From positions 1 through 57,173 of the forward strand of contig JBKGYK010000005.1 of the NCBI GenBank assembly GCA_046546095.1: 57,173 nucleotides of DNA, given 5' to 3'. The translations under genes and the position numbers were made by a program. This DNA is from Bacteroidales bacterium. GTDB taxonomy: Bacteria; Bacteroidota; Bacteroidia; Bacteroidales; ML635J-15. The notes beneath the pieces are model-generated. The model worked only from the letters and a program-made list of their open reading frames with translations, searched no databases and was not told where the DNA came from. Shown here in pieces: positions 40,337-49,888 of this stretch (its first letter is position 1; every line of letters begins with the position of its first letter).

Positions 40337-41257
40337 ATGGAAAATTTGGATAAAAATACGGACAAGAACAAAACAACCCGATTGCTGACCCTGCTGATCA
40401 TCCTAATGGTGATTGCCATCGGTGTCGTAGGTTATTTGTACATTGATCTCAATCAGAATTACGACAGACTGGAAACAGATCTGAAAGAGACTGTTTCTGC
40501 CAAGGATTTCATAGAAGAGGATCTGGAGGAACTATACACTGATTATGATTCCATCAGTACAGAAAATGATAGTATGGCAGAAAAACTTGATGAAGAAAAG
40601 GAAAAAATCTCCGTTTTGCTGGATGAACTCAAAACAGTAAAAGCCAACAATGCGGAAGTTATCCGGAAATATAAGGATGAAGTGCAAACCCTGCGGGGGA
40701 TTATGAAATCCTATGTTTATCAGATTGATTCGCTGAATCAGTTAAATACACAACTGACGGCAGAAAACAATGAGGTAAGGGAAAGCAACCAGCGTTTGCA
40801 ATACGAAATGGATGAAGTGGTTAATAAAAACGATCAGCTGGAGCTCACCGTTGAAAAAGCCGCGATGGTAAAAGCCACCAATATTGTTTCACAGCCGTAT
40901 AAGAAAGATAACTTCTTTAGCTCGGACAGGGAAACAGATAAAGCCGGAAAAGTTGATAAAATTGAAACCAATTTTACACTGACAGAAAACAGTGTTGCAG
41001 AACCCGGACCACGTACAATATATTTGCGTATTGTGAGGCCTGATGGTTATATTTTGATGGATGACGATGATAATGTTTTTACTTACGAGGAGGAGAATCT
41101 GGCATATTCTGCCAGTCGTGAGGTACAGTATGACGGTCAGTTTCTTGATGTGGTGATATATTACGATGTACAGCAGAGTTTGCTGGCAGGAAAGTATGAT
41201 GTAGAGTTGTACATGGACGGATATAAGATTGGCACCACAGATTTCGTGCTCAATTAA
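40337..41257 (+). CDS. Membrane-anchored coiled-coil protein with C-terminal beta-sandwich domain
   Basis: Start MENLDK; one TM; about 140 aa of heptads; YLRIVRPDG...GKYDVELY; TATTTTTG box at 40304-40311. Confidence 0.75.
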   Translation: MENLDKNTDKNKTTRLLTLLIILMVIAIGVVGYLYIDLNQNYDRLETDLKETVSAKDFIEEDLEELYTDYDSISTENDSMAEKLDEEKEKISVLLDELKTVKANNAEVIRKYKDEVQTLRGIMKSYVYQIDSLNQLNTQLTAENNEVRESNQRLQYEMDEVVNKNDQLELTVEKAAMVKATNIVSQPYKKDNFFSSDRETDKAGKVDKIETNFTLTENSVAEPGPRTIYLRIVRPDGYILMDDDDNVFTYEEENLAYSASREVQYDGQFLDVVIYYDVQQSLLAGKYDVELYMDGYKIGTTDFVLN

Positions 41258-41935
41258 ATGTTTGAAGGCCTGCCGATAACTTATCCTTACTGGAAGGATT
41301 ACTTCCTGATTATCCTGGTTGCAGGCTTGCTTGCCGTATTGAGGGCTTATTATCAAAACCCCAGATTGTTTGTCCGCCTGCTGAAATCAACCTTCAGTAA
41401 AAATGAAACTGAAAAACTGCGGGACGACAAACAGAATACCCTGAGTCAGAGAAATGCAATCATCCTTAACCTGGTGTTTTTGGTTAATCTGGGTATGATG
41501 ATGTTTTTGGCAATAAAGTATCATTCCTTGTCCCTGCCCCCACATCCGGAAATGATCAATTTTCTCATCGTTTTTTCGGTAATTGCCGGCTATTATCTGA
41601 TTCGTATTGTCCTGTATCATCTGGTGGGTTTTTTAACCTATGCCGGGGAGATTCAGGCAACCTACACACAAGCATGGATGGGACTGAATAAATGGTTCGG
41701 ACTTCTTTTGTTTCCGGCAATTGCAGGCATGCTGTATTTCCCCCCCGAAGCAGGAAACATCATCATTTTTTTATTTGCAGGATTGTTTGTTCTGCTGTTT
41801 CTGATAAAAGTTTACCGCGGATTGCAAATTGCTTTTGCAAACAGAATTTCGTTTATCATCATTTTTTTGTATCTTTGTGCCCTCGAATTACTGCCCGTTT
41901 TTGTCTTGTTAAAGTACATAACGGGTATTATTTAA
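41258..41935 (+). CDS. DUF4271 domain membrane protein
   Basis: Multiple TM segments; C-terminal FLYLCALELLP; lies before hemD. Confidence 0.8.
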   Translation: MFEGLPITYPYWKDYFLIILVAGLLAVLRAYYQNPRLFVRLLKSTFSKNETEKLRDDKQNTLSQRNAIILNLVFLVNLGMMMFLAIKYHSLSLPPHPEMINFLIVFSVIAGYYLIRIVLYHLVGFLTYAGEIQATYTQAWMGLNKWFGLLLFPAIAGMLYFPPEAGNIIIFLFAGLFVLLFLIKVYRGLQIAFANRISFIIIFLYLCALELLPVFVLLKYITGII

Positions 41936-41950
41936 AACACGAGAAATTTT

Positions 41951-42712
41951 ATGGGATCAAAGATTAAACGGATTCTGGTTTCACAGCCAAAACCTGCTTC
42001 AGAGAAATCACCATTTTTTGACCTGGCTGAAAAGCACAAGCTGGATATTGACTTCAGACCTTTCATCCAGGTTGAAGGCATTTCTGCTCAGGACTTTCGT
42101 CGCTCAAAAATTAATATCGCAGATCATGGTGCGTTTATTTTTACAAGCCGTACTGCCGTTAACCATTTCTTTCGTATTTGTGAAGAAATGAAAATTCCGG
42201 TTGAGGATCACTGGAAGTACTTTTGTGTTTCAGAGTCTGTAGCATTTTACCTGCAGAAATACATCGTTTACAGAAAACGGAAAATATTTTATGGTGACGG
42301 AAAATTTGATGACCTACTGAAAATTATCAGAAAGCACAATGGGGAAAAATTTCTTTTGCCCATGAGTACGGTATCCAAAAAGAATATCCCTGATAAGTTG
42401 GAAATAGCCGGAATTGATTTTACCCGTGCAGATATGTACGAAACCGTGCATGCCGACTTGTCAGATCTTTCAGATGTTGATTACGACGTACTCGTATTTT
42501 TCAGTCCATCCGGGATACAGTCATTGCTGCATAATTTTCCGGATTTTGAACAAAATTCAACAAGGATAGCGGCTTTTGGCCCTACAACCCATAAGTCAGT
42601 TGAGGATGCAGGTCTCAGACTGGATGTGAAAGTACCACAGCCCAAAGCTCCGTCAATGAGTATGGCACTTGATCGGTACATCAGCGAGCACAACAAACGA
42701 AGCAGAAAATAA
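41951..42712 (+). CDS. hemD: Uroporphyrinogen-III synthase (Bacteroidota HemD-like)
   Basis: ILVSQPKP, DFRPFI, YLQKYIVYRKRK, VFFSPSGI. Confidence 0.85.
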   Translation: MGSKIKRILVSQPKPASEKSPFFDLAEKHKLDIDFRPFIQVEGISAQDFRRSKINIADHGAFIFTSRTAVNHFFRICEEMKIPVEDHWKYFCVSESVAFYLQKYIVYRKRKIFYGDGKFDDLLKIIRKHNGEKFLLPMSTVSKKNIPDKLEIAGIDFTRADMYETVHADLSDLSDVDYDVLVFFSPSGIQSLLHNFPDFEQNSTRIAAFGPTTHKSVEDAGLRLDVKVPQPKAPSMSMALDRYISEHNKRSRK

Positions 42713-42722
42713 AATCGCAGGC

Positions 42723-43151
42723 ATGCCTGACAAAAACAAGGGGAACACGAGCAAGGAAAATGACTTTCCCAAGTCAGGGCGGCTGTACCTTAAAGATGAA
42801 ACAGAAGATTTGTTTCGGAATGGCAAAAAGTTTTATGTTAAACCATTGAAAATCCAGTATACTTTTGTCCTGGCGGATATTGCTGAAAGCCGCAGTGCGA
42901 TCATGATTTCCGTACCCAAAAAGTATCATCACTCAGCAGTAAAACGAAATCACATAAAACGGCTGATCAGAGAAGCGTGGCGAACCCACAATGCAGAACT
43001 GGAGGCAAAACTCGTCAGGCAGAAAAAAAAGCTCAATCTGGCTGTCATTTACCTGTCAGGGGATATCCCTGATTATTCGGAAATCGAATCAAAAATAATT
43101 CTAACTTTACAACGTTTAACTGATTTACTATCAAACGAGCAATCACTATGA
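42723..43151 (+). CDS. rnpA: Ribonuclease P protein component
   Basis: FPKSGRL, ISVPKK...AVKRNHIKRLIREAWR. Confidence 0.92.
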   Translation: MPDKNKGNTSKENDFPKSGRLYLKDETEDLFRNGKKFYVKPLKIQYTFVLADIAESRSAIMISVPKKYHHSAVKRNHIKRLIREAWRTHNAELEAKLVRQKKKLNLAVIYLSGDIPDYSEIESKIILTLQRLTDLLSNEQSL

Positions 43152-44824
43152 AGGATGTCTTTAAAAAACACAAAACCAAAATAATCAGTATCACCACAGC
43201 CTTATTTGTCGGACTGTCGGCTTTGCTATTTACCGGATATACCAGCAGTAATTTTGAGCTTGTGAAAAATCTGGATATTTTTTCCTCCCTGGTTAAAGAA
43301 CTCAGCCTTTATTATGTGGATGATGTTGATTATGGAGAAAGCGTAAAAAAAGGCATAGATGAAATGCTGGAATCCCTGGACCCGTACACTGTGTATATCC
43401 CGGAATCAAAAATTGAAGACCTGAACTTTATGACAACAGGCCAGTATGGCGGAATCGGTGCATTGATCAGAAAACAAGGAAAATATGTTGTCGTTTCAGA
43501 ACCATATGAAGGATTTCCGGCAGATGAGGCCGGAATTAAGGCAGGAGACAAGTTGTTAGAAGTTGATGGTATCAGTCTGAAAGGTAAAAAAACAGAACAG
43601 GTGAGTGAATTGCTGAAAGGACAACCCGGCACTGAAGTAAAACTCACCATTGAGCGTGCCGTTACAGAAAAAGAAGAGAAAGTCAGTATAGAGCGACGTA
43701 AAGTGCAGGTAAATCCGGTACCGTATTATGGTATGCTTAACGATGAAGTTGGTTATGTGCGATTGAGTAGTTTCACCAATAAGGCCGCTTCTGAAGTCCA
43801 AAAGGCGGTTGAAAATCTGAAAGAAGAACAAAATGCAAAATCTTTGGTACTGGATTTGAGAAATAATCCCGGAGGCCTGTTGATAGAAGCTGTAAAGATT
43901 TGCAACCTGTTTATACCCCAGGGCTCTCCTGTTGTCAGTACCAAAGGCAAGGTGGAGCGATGGAACAAAGAATATACTGCCGGGATGAAGCCGTATGATA
44001 CTGAAATTCCCCTGACCGTGATTATAAACAGCAGATCGGCATCAGCCAGCGAAATTGTGGCCGGTTGTATGCAGGACCTTGACAGAGCAGTTGTAATCGG
44101 CAAGCGTACATTTGGAAAAGGACTGGTGCAGACTACACGGGAACTGAGCTACAATGCCAAGCTAAAAGTTACAACAGCAAAATACTACATTCCAAGTGGT
44201 CGTTGTATTCAGGCTCTCGATTATGCTCACCGCAATGAAGATGGCAGCGTGGGCCGTATTCCCGACAGCATTATCTCCGAATTTGAAACCAGAAATGGCA
44301 GAATTGTAAAAGACGGTGGTGGCATCATGCCGGATATCGAAACTGAAGAAGAGGTGCTCAGTAAGGTGAGTTCTTACCTGATGCGCGATCAGATGATTTT
44401 CAACTATGCCAATATCTATAGTTACCATCATGACAGCATTCCTGCTCCGGAGAATTATTCGCTGACAGATTCTACTTATGAGAATTTCATTGAGTTCCTT
44501 GATCAAAAATCATTTGATTATGAAACAAGCAGCGAAAAGCAATTAAAGGAACTGGTAGCTGTGGCTGAAAAAGAAAAATACTACGAAATAGCCAAAGATG
44601 AATTTAATGCACTGGCTGAAAAAATTGCTCATGACAGGGAGAAAGACCTGAAACTCTTTAAAGATGAGATTTCTGATTTGCTGGCCAATGAAATTGTTGG
44701 CAGGTATTATTATCAGGAAGGACAAATAAAGTACGGTCTGCATTCTGATCCTGATGTTGAAAAGGCTTTGGAAATTCTTTCAGATCCGGAAAAAATGGAA
44801 AGCATTTTAACTGTTAATAATTAG
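43148..44824 (+). CDS. S41 family C-terminal processing protease
   Basis: LDPYT, PDZ domain, LDLRNNPGGLL, SASASEIVAG, TFGKGLVQ. Confidence 0.95.
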   Translation: MKDVFKKHKTKIISITTALFVGLSALLFTGYTSSNFELVKNLDIFSSLVKELSLYYVDDVDYGESVKKGIDEMLESLDPYTVYIPESKIEDLNFMTTGQYGGIGALIRKQGKYVVVSEPYEGFPADEAGIKAGDKLLEVDGISLKGKKTEQVSELLKGQPGTEVKLTIERAVTEKEEKVSIERRKVQVNPVPYYGMLNDEVGYVRLSSFTNKAASEVQKAVENLKEEQNAKSLVLDLRNNPGGLLIEAVKICNLFIPQGSPVVSTKGKVERWNKEYTAGMKPYDTEIPLTVIINSRSASASEIVAGCMQDLDRAVVIGKRTFGKGLVQTTRELSYNAKLKVTTAKYYIPSGRCIQALDYAHRNEDGSVGRIPDSIISEFETRNGRIVKDGGGIMPDIETEEEVLSKVSSYLMRDQMIFNYANIYSYHHDSIPAPENYSLTDSTYENFIEFLDQKSFDYETSSEKQLKELVAVAEKEKYYEIAKDEFNALAEKIAHDREKDLKLFKDEISDLLANEIVGRYYYQEGQIKYGLHSDPDVEKALEILSDPEKMESILTVNN

Positions 44825-44845
44825 GACCAAAAAAGTTTAGATACC

Positions 44846-45835
44846 ATGGCACGAGTATTGAGTGGAATCCGCTCCACAGGGAAGTTGCATCTGGGTAATT
44901 ATCTGGGTGCTGTCAGTAATTTTGTTAAGCTTCAGCATGAGCATGAATGTTATTTTTTTATTGCCGACTATCATTCTTTAACAACACATCCCACACCTTC
45001 CGGACTGCATGATAACGTTCGTCAGGTTTTGGTGGAATACCTGGCAGCCGGGATTGATCCCGAAATTGCTACCATCTACATACAAAGTGATGTTCCGGAA
45101 ATCCCGGAGTTGTATTTGCTGCTGAGTATGAATGCTTATCTGGGTGAGCTGGAGCGTACCACTTCATTTAAGGAAAAGGCCAGAAAGCAACCTGATAATG
45201 TCAATGCAGGCTTGCTCACATATCCGGTGCTTATGGCTGCTGATATTCTCATTCATCAGGCAAGCCATGTGCCGGTAGGAAAGGATCAGGAACAAAATCT
45301 TGAAATGGCCAGAAAGTTTGCCAAACGGTTTAACCGCATGTATGGTGAGGACTTCTTTAAAATTCCCAAAGCCTATAATTTTGACAACGAACTTGTGAAG
45401 ATTCCCGGCCTTGATGGATCGGGAAAAATGGGAAAATCAGAAGGTAACGGATTGTACCTTTCGGATACGGAAAAGCAATTGCGAAAAAAGGTCATGAAAG
45501 CAAAAACAGATGCCGGTCCCCAGGAAAAAAATTCTCCTGTGAGTGAACCTGTCAATAACTTATTTACCATTATGGAGCAGGTGTCGGATCCGGATGTATT
45601 GCAGTCTTTCAAAGATGATTATGCCAATTGCACCATCCGTTACGGGGATTTAAAAAATCAGCTTGCTGACGATATAAACAGGGAAATTGCTCCGCTACGT
45701 GAGCGCATTGAGGCCATTGAGAAGGATGATGATTATCTGCGTAAAGTAGTGCGCCTGGGACGCGAAAAAGCCCGGGATAGTGCATCAAAAACACTGAAGG
45801 AAGCTCGTAAAATTATGGGTTTTCGCTCATTTTAG
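44846..45835 (+). CDS. trpS: Tryptophan--tRNA ligase
   Basis: HLGNY, YPVLMAADI, VPVGKDQ, KMGKS. Confidence 0.97.
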   Translation: MARVLSGIRSTGKLHLGNYLGAVSNFVKLQHEHECYFFIADYHSLTTHPTPSGLHDNVRQVLVEYLAAGIDPEIATIYIQSDVPEIPELYLLLSMNAYLGELERTTSFKEKARKQPDNVNAGLLTYPVLMAADILIHQASHVPVGKDQEQNLEMARKFAKRFNRMYGEDFFKIPKAYNFDNELVKIPGLDGSGKMGKSEGNGLYLSDTEKQLRKKVMKAKTDAGPQEKNSPVSEPVNNLFTIMEQVSDPDVLQSFKDDYANCTIRYGDLKNQLADDINREIAPLRERIEAIEKDDDYLRKVVRLGREKARDSASKTLKEARKIMGFRSF

Positions 45836-45863
45836 CCAATAGACTCAGGTATTTCACAGATGT

Positions 45864-46814
45864 TCAGATATCTGTATTACGCATTTTGTTTCCCTTTTCT
45901 GCTGAAAGCAGGTTGCTGAGCAGTTTTTCCCTGCCTGTGCGCCTGAATGGAGTGCCGGCAAATAGAGTATTGAACTCCATATCACTCATTTGGGATAAAT
46001 TGCGGATACTGATTTTATCCAGATGATTGCCAGGCTGAAAATCGGGATCATCATTGTTCACTGGTTTTTTGTTCCATGGGCAGACTTCCTGACAAATATC
46101 GCAACCAAAAACCCATCCATTCAGTTTGTCATGCATCCATTCCGGGATGTCTGTTTTGCTTTCAATGGTGTGGTAAGATATGCAGCGTCCGGCGTCCATA
46201 CCCCGGTCTGTAAGGGCTTGTGTCGGGCAGGCCTCAATACAGAGCCTGCAGTTGCCGCAAAGGCTTTTTGTCCCGGCTTTATCGGCAGTCAGTTCCAGAT
46301 CAGTAAACAATTCCGCAATAAAAACATAGGAACCCAGGCTGCGGTTTATCAGGCAGGTGTTTTTGCCAATCCAGCCCAGTCCTGATTTTAGTGCCAGGCT
46401 ACGCTCCATAACCGGAGCAGAATCCACAAAAGGCCGGGATTTGAAATCTTCTCCTGTAATATCCTTTATGGCTGCCTGAAGCTTTTTCATCCGTTTTTTC
46501 AGACGTTTATGGTAATCTTTTCCCAGAGCATAACGGGAAACCTTCCAGGGCATATCGGGCAGGTTTGAACGCTGATATGATTTTAAGAGCATGATCACGG
46601 ATTTGGTCCCGGGGAATAAGATTTCAGGATGCTTACGCAGATCAGCGTATTTTTCCATATAATCCATACCTGCATGTTTGCCTGTGGCTATCCATTCTGA
46701 AAAAATGCTGATTTGATTATCCGGGATGTCCGGACTAGTAATGGCCACAGCATCAAAACCCAGTTCAATGGCCTTTGCTTTAATTGCCTGCCTGTATTTC
46801 TGAATATCCTGCAC
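45864..46814 (-). CDS. queG: tRNA epoxyqueuosine(34) reductase
   Basis: SRYALGKDYH, GLGWIGKN, CGNCRLCIEACPT, CISY, FGCDICQEVCPWN; GTG start. Confidence 0.95.
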   Translation of the reverse strand: MQDIQKYRQAIKAKAIELGFDAVAITSPDIPDNQISIFSEWIATGKHAGMDYMEKYADLRKHPEILFPGTKSVIMLLKSYQRSNLPDMPWKVSRYALGKDYHKRLKKRMKKLQAAIKDITGEDFKSRPFVDSAPVMERSLALKSGLGWIGKNTCLINRSLGSYVFIAELFTDLELTADKAGTKSLCGNCRLCIEACPTQALTDRGMDAGRCISYHTIESKTDIPEWMHDKLNGWVFGCDICQEVCPWNKKPVNNDDPDFQPGNHLDKISIRNLSQMSDMEFNTLFAGTPFRRTGREKLLSNLLSAEKGNKMRNTDI

Positions 46815-47899
46815 TATTCGCCCGTGTAGATATCTCCGTGCCAGTAAATGTCATTGGATTGTACGCCATAGCTGTAAAAAACAGTATGTCCGTGGCATTC
46901 AAGTGTGTTTATATCTTCATATGAAATGGTTCCGATGCGTCCTCTGTCGAAAACTTTCAGATTTCCCTGCTCATCCTCCCAGGCAAGTATGTTCATATCA
47001 CATACGTAGTTTTCAGGTTTAAAATTCTCAAGAGTGTAGGATTGCCCCTGCCAGTATACCTTAAAGTAATCCTGTATAGTATAGATCAACAACTCATCGA
47101 TTACTTCATACATTCCGGGCGTATCAAAAGTAACGGTAATAATTTCTTCACCGTCATATATTTTCAGATAATCGTTGGAATCCAGATAGGCCAGAAATCC
47201 GTCACCTATGCTGTATGATTTTGGTTCAAAGGTTTCAAGCTCAATGAAATTCCCTTTATGAAAGACGTGAAAGTTGTTCATAGGCGCTTCTACCCATGCC
47301 GCCATATCCCGGCCGACCTTATAGGAAACAGCCCTGTCCTCGTATAAGAGATCAAAAATTTCACCCTGATAAAACAGGTTCAGGTAATTGCGGTTGTCAC
47401 GGTAGATCATGGTGTTTTCTCCAACAGAAAATTTTGTTGCTTCATCACCGGCCAGTCCATCGTAAAGTTCAAAGACTTCACCCATGTAATACACTTTGAA
47501 TATCTGTTGCTGACGGTCGAAAAAGGCTACCATTTCATCACCCACAGCATATTTTCCGACCAGTGTTGATAAGGTCTCTGTATTGCCCTGATCAAATACC
47601 TTGAGCTGACTGTTGAGGTTGAATGCCACAAGATTATCCGTAACCGTATAGTTGCTTACAAAGCTGTTGATTTTGTGTGTATAATGATTGTAATATATTT
47701 TGAAATTTTCTGCATTGTCTTCATAGCCAAGGCAGGTATTTCCAATTTGGTATGATTTCAATGGCAAATGTTCCAGTTCAGTGAATTCCCCCCCATCGAA
47801 AAGCTGCACTTTATCAAGATAATCAGTGTAAACAGCCAGGTCCTGACTGTGTCCCGGCAGGAAACAGAAACCAAATAAAAGAAATATAATATTTTTCAT
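46814..47899 (-). CDS. Secreted hypothetical protein with about 10 tandem beta-strand repeats
   Basis: Signal peptide; recurring FKVY.xG...LE...Y.VGD units; TACATTTG box at 47916-47923. Confidence 0.7.
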   Translation of the reverse strand: MKNIIFLLFGFCFLPGHSQDLAVYTDYLDKVQLFDGGEFTELEHLPLKSYQIGNTCLGYEDNAENFKIYYNHYTHKINSFVSNYTVTDNLVAFNLNSQLKVFDQGNTETLSTLVGKYAVGDEMVAFFDRQQQIFKVYYMGEVFELYDGLAGDEATKFSVGENTMIYRDNRNYLNLFYQGEIFDLLYEDRAVSYKVGRDMAAWVEAPMNNFHVFHKGNFIELETFEPKSYSIGDGFLAYLDSNDYLKIYDGEEIITVTFDTPGMYEVIDELLIYTIQDYFKVYWQGQSYTLENFKPENYVCDMNILAWEDEQGNLKVFDRGRIGTISYEDINTLECHGHTVFYSYGVQSNDIYWHGDIYTGE

Positions 47900-48035
47900 A
47901 TCAGCAGCTTTTCAACAAATGTACGAAAAAAAATCAGTCAGCGGGCAAAGCAATATGCTGGCAGAGTCATTTTTATATCCTTAACTAACAAATTCTTTGC
48001 CAAACAATACTTACTTTTGCAGTAAAATCTGGCTT

Positions 48036-49082
48036 ATGACAAAAAAGAGCATAAAGGAACTGGGTGAGTTTGGATTGATTGATCACCTGACTTCCGACAT
48101 CAAAACAACAAATGAATCCAGCATCTACGGTATAGGTGACGATGCAGCCATTTTAGATCATGGCGGGCGTGAAACCCTGGTGACCTCTGATATTCTGATG
48201 GAGGGCATTCACTTCGATTTGGTATATACACCGTTGAAACATTTGGGATATAAATCCATTATCGTCAATTTGAGCGATATATATGCCATGAACGGGAAGC
48301 CTGAGCAGGTGATTGTTTCCATTGCCATTTCATCAAAATTTTCCCTGCAGGCCCTGGATGATTTGTATGCCGGAATGAAAGAAGCCTGCAGAATACATCA
48401 TGTGGATATTGTGGGTGGAGATACAACCAGTTCTCTCACCGGTGTTGCAATCAGCATCACGGCCATCGGATCGGCAGAAAAGGGAAAGGCTGTTAAACGC
48501 AGTACAGCAAAAAACAAGGAGCTGATATGTGTTTCAGGAGACCTGGGTGCTGCCTATCTGGGTTTGCAATTGCTGGAAAGAGAGAAGAAGATTTATATGA
48601 AAGATCCCCGGATACAGCCAAAACTGAATCAGTATCCCTATGTACTGGAGCGGCAACTGAAACCGGAAGCCCGCAAAGATGTAACCGGCCTTCTTGCAGA
48701 CAATGGCATTACACCTTCGGCCATGATTGATATATCCGATGGTTTATCTTCTGATATTTTACATATTGCCAAACAATCCGGACTTGGATGCCGCCTGTTT
48801 GAAGATAAAATTCCCATTGGCATTGAAACACGCAAAGTTGCCGAAGAGTTCAATATGGATCCCGGCATTGCTGCCCTGAATGGGGGAGAAGATTATGAGC
48901 TCTTGTTTACGGTGCCGTTGTCGGAACATGAAAAAATTCCGTCAATTCCCGGAATTTCAATCATCGGGCACATGCTGCCTGAAAGCCAGGGATACATGCT
49001 GGTGGCACGCAACGGCAATGAAATACCATTACAGGCACAGGGATGGAATCCGCTAAGTGATGAAGAAAAAGCAGAAAATTGA
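48036..49082 (+). CDS. thiL: Thiamine-monophosphate kinase
   Basis: LGEFGLI, GIGDDAA, EGIHFD, NLSDIYAM, GGDT, IDISDGL, GGEDYEL; TACTTTTG box at 48012-48019. Confidence 0.96.
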   Translation: MTKKSIKELGEFGLIDHLTSDIKTTNESSIYGIGDDAAILDHGGRETLVTSDILMEGIHFDLVYTPLKHLGYKSIIVNLSDIYAMNGKPEQVIVSIAISSKFSLQALDDLYAGMKEACRIHHVDIVGGDTTSSLTGVAISITAIGSAEKGKAVKRSTAKNKELICVSGDLGAAYLGLQLLEREKKIYMKDPRIQPKLNQYPYVLERQLKPEARKDVTGLLADNGITPSAMIDISDGLSSDILHIAKQSGLGCRLFEDKIPIGIETRKVAEEFNMDPGIAALNGGEDYELLFTVPLSEHEKIPSIPGISIIGHMLPESQGYMLVARNGNEIPLQAQGWNPLSDEEKAEN

Positions 49083-49104
49083 AAATTACCCTATTGTGGG
49101 TATA

Positions 49105-49887
49105 TTATTTTTCAAAATACCCTTTGATGATACCGCGTTTTGAATTTCTAACGAAAAGGATGATTTCATCGCGTTCTTTTGTGGCGTGCATTTCCGCCTC
49201 AATATAGTCGATTGCCTGACTTCTGTTCATGCCGTTGTTGAATAGCTTGCGGTATATTTCCTGAATTTCGTTGATTTTTTCATTGCTGAAATTGCGTCTT
49301 CTCAGGCCGATGGAGTTGACACCGGTAAATGTCAGGGGATAACGCCCGGCTTTGGTGTAGGGAGGAACATCTTTACCCACAAGTGAACCTCCGGCTATAA
49401 TCGAGTGTGCGCCAATGTGTACAAACTGATGAACAGCAGCTGTACCTGAAATAATCGCCCAGTCGTCAACCTGAACTTCTCCGGCCAGTTGCACGGCATT
49501 GGCCATGATGATTCTGCTGCCCAGTACGCAGTCATGCGCAATATGAGAATAGGCCATGATCAGATTGTCATTGCCGATTTTTGTTATCTGTTTGGCGGCA
49601 GTACCCCTGTTTACGGTGACAAATTCCCGTATGGTATTGTTGTCTCCGATTTCAACATAAGTTTCTTCGCCCTGGTATTTCAGATCCTGGGGTATGGCAC
49701 CTATGACAGCACCCGGGAAAATCTTGCAGTTTTTGCCGATTTTTACATTTTCCATGATGGTGGCATTGGGGCCTATCCAGCAACCTTCGCCGATTTCAAC
49801 GTTTTTATTGATGTTGACAAAGGGTTCAATGACAACATTTGAAGCAATCTTTGCGTCCGGATGTACGTATGACAAGGGTTGATTCAT
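49105..49887 (-). CDS. lpxA: UDP-N-acetylglucosamine O-acyltransferase
   Basis: Hexapeptide repeats, PQDLKY, IREFVTVNRGT, HIAHDC, VHQF. Confidence 0.97.
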   Translation of the reverse strand: MNQPLSYVHPDAKIASNVVIEPFVNINKNVEIGEGCWIGPNATIMENVKIGKNCKIFPGAVIGAIPQDLKYQGEETYVEIGDNNTIREFVTVNRGTAAKQITKIGNDNLIMAYSHIAHDCVLGSRIIMANAVQLAGEVQVDDWAIISGTAAVHQFVHIGAHSIIAGGSLVGKDVPPYTKAGRYPLTFTGVNSIGLRRRNFSNEKINEIQEIYRKLFNNGMNRSQAIDYIEAEMHATKERDEIILFVRNSKRGIIKGYFEK

Positions 49888-49888
49888 T

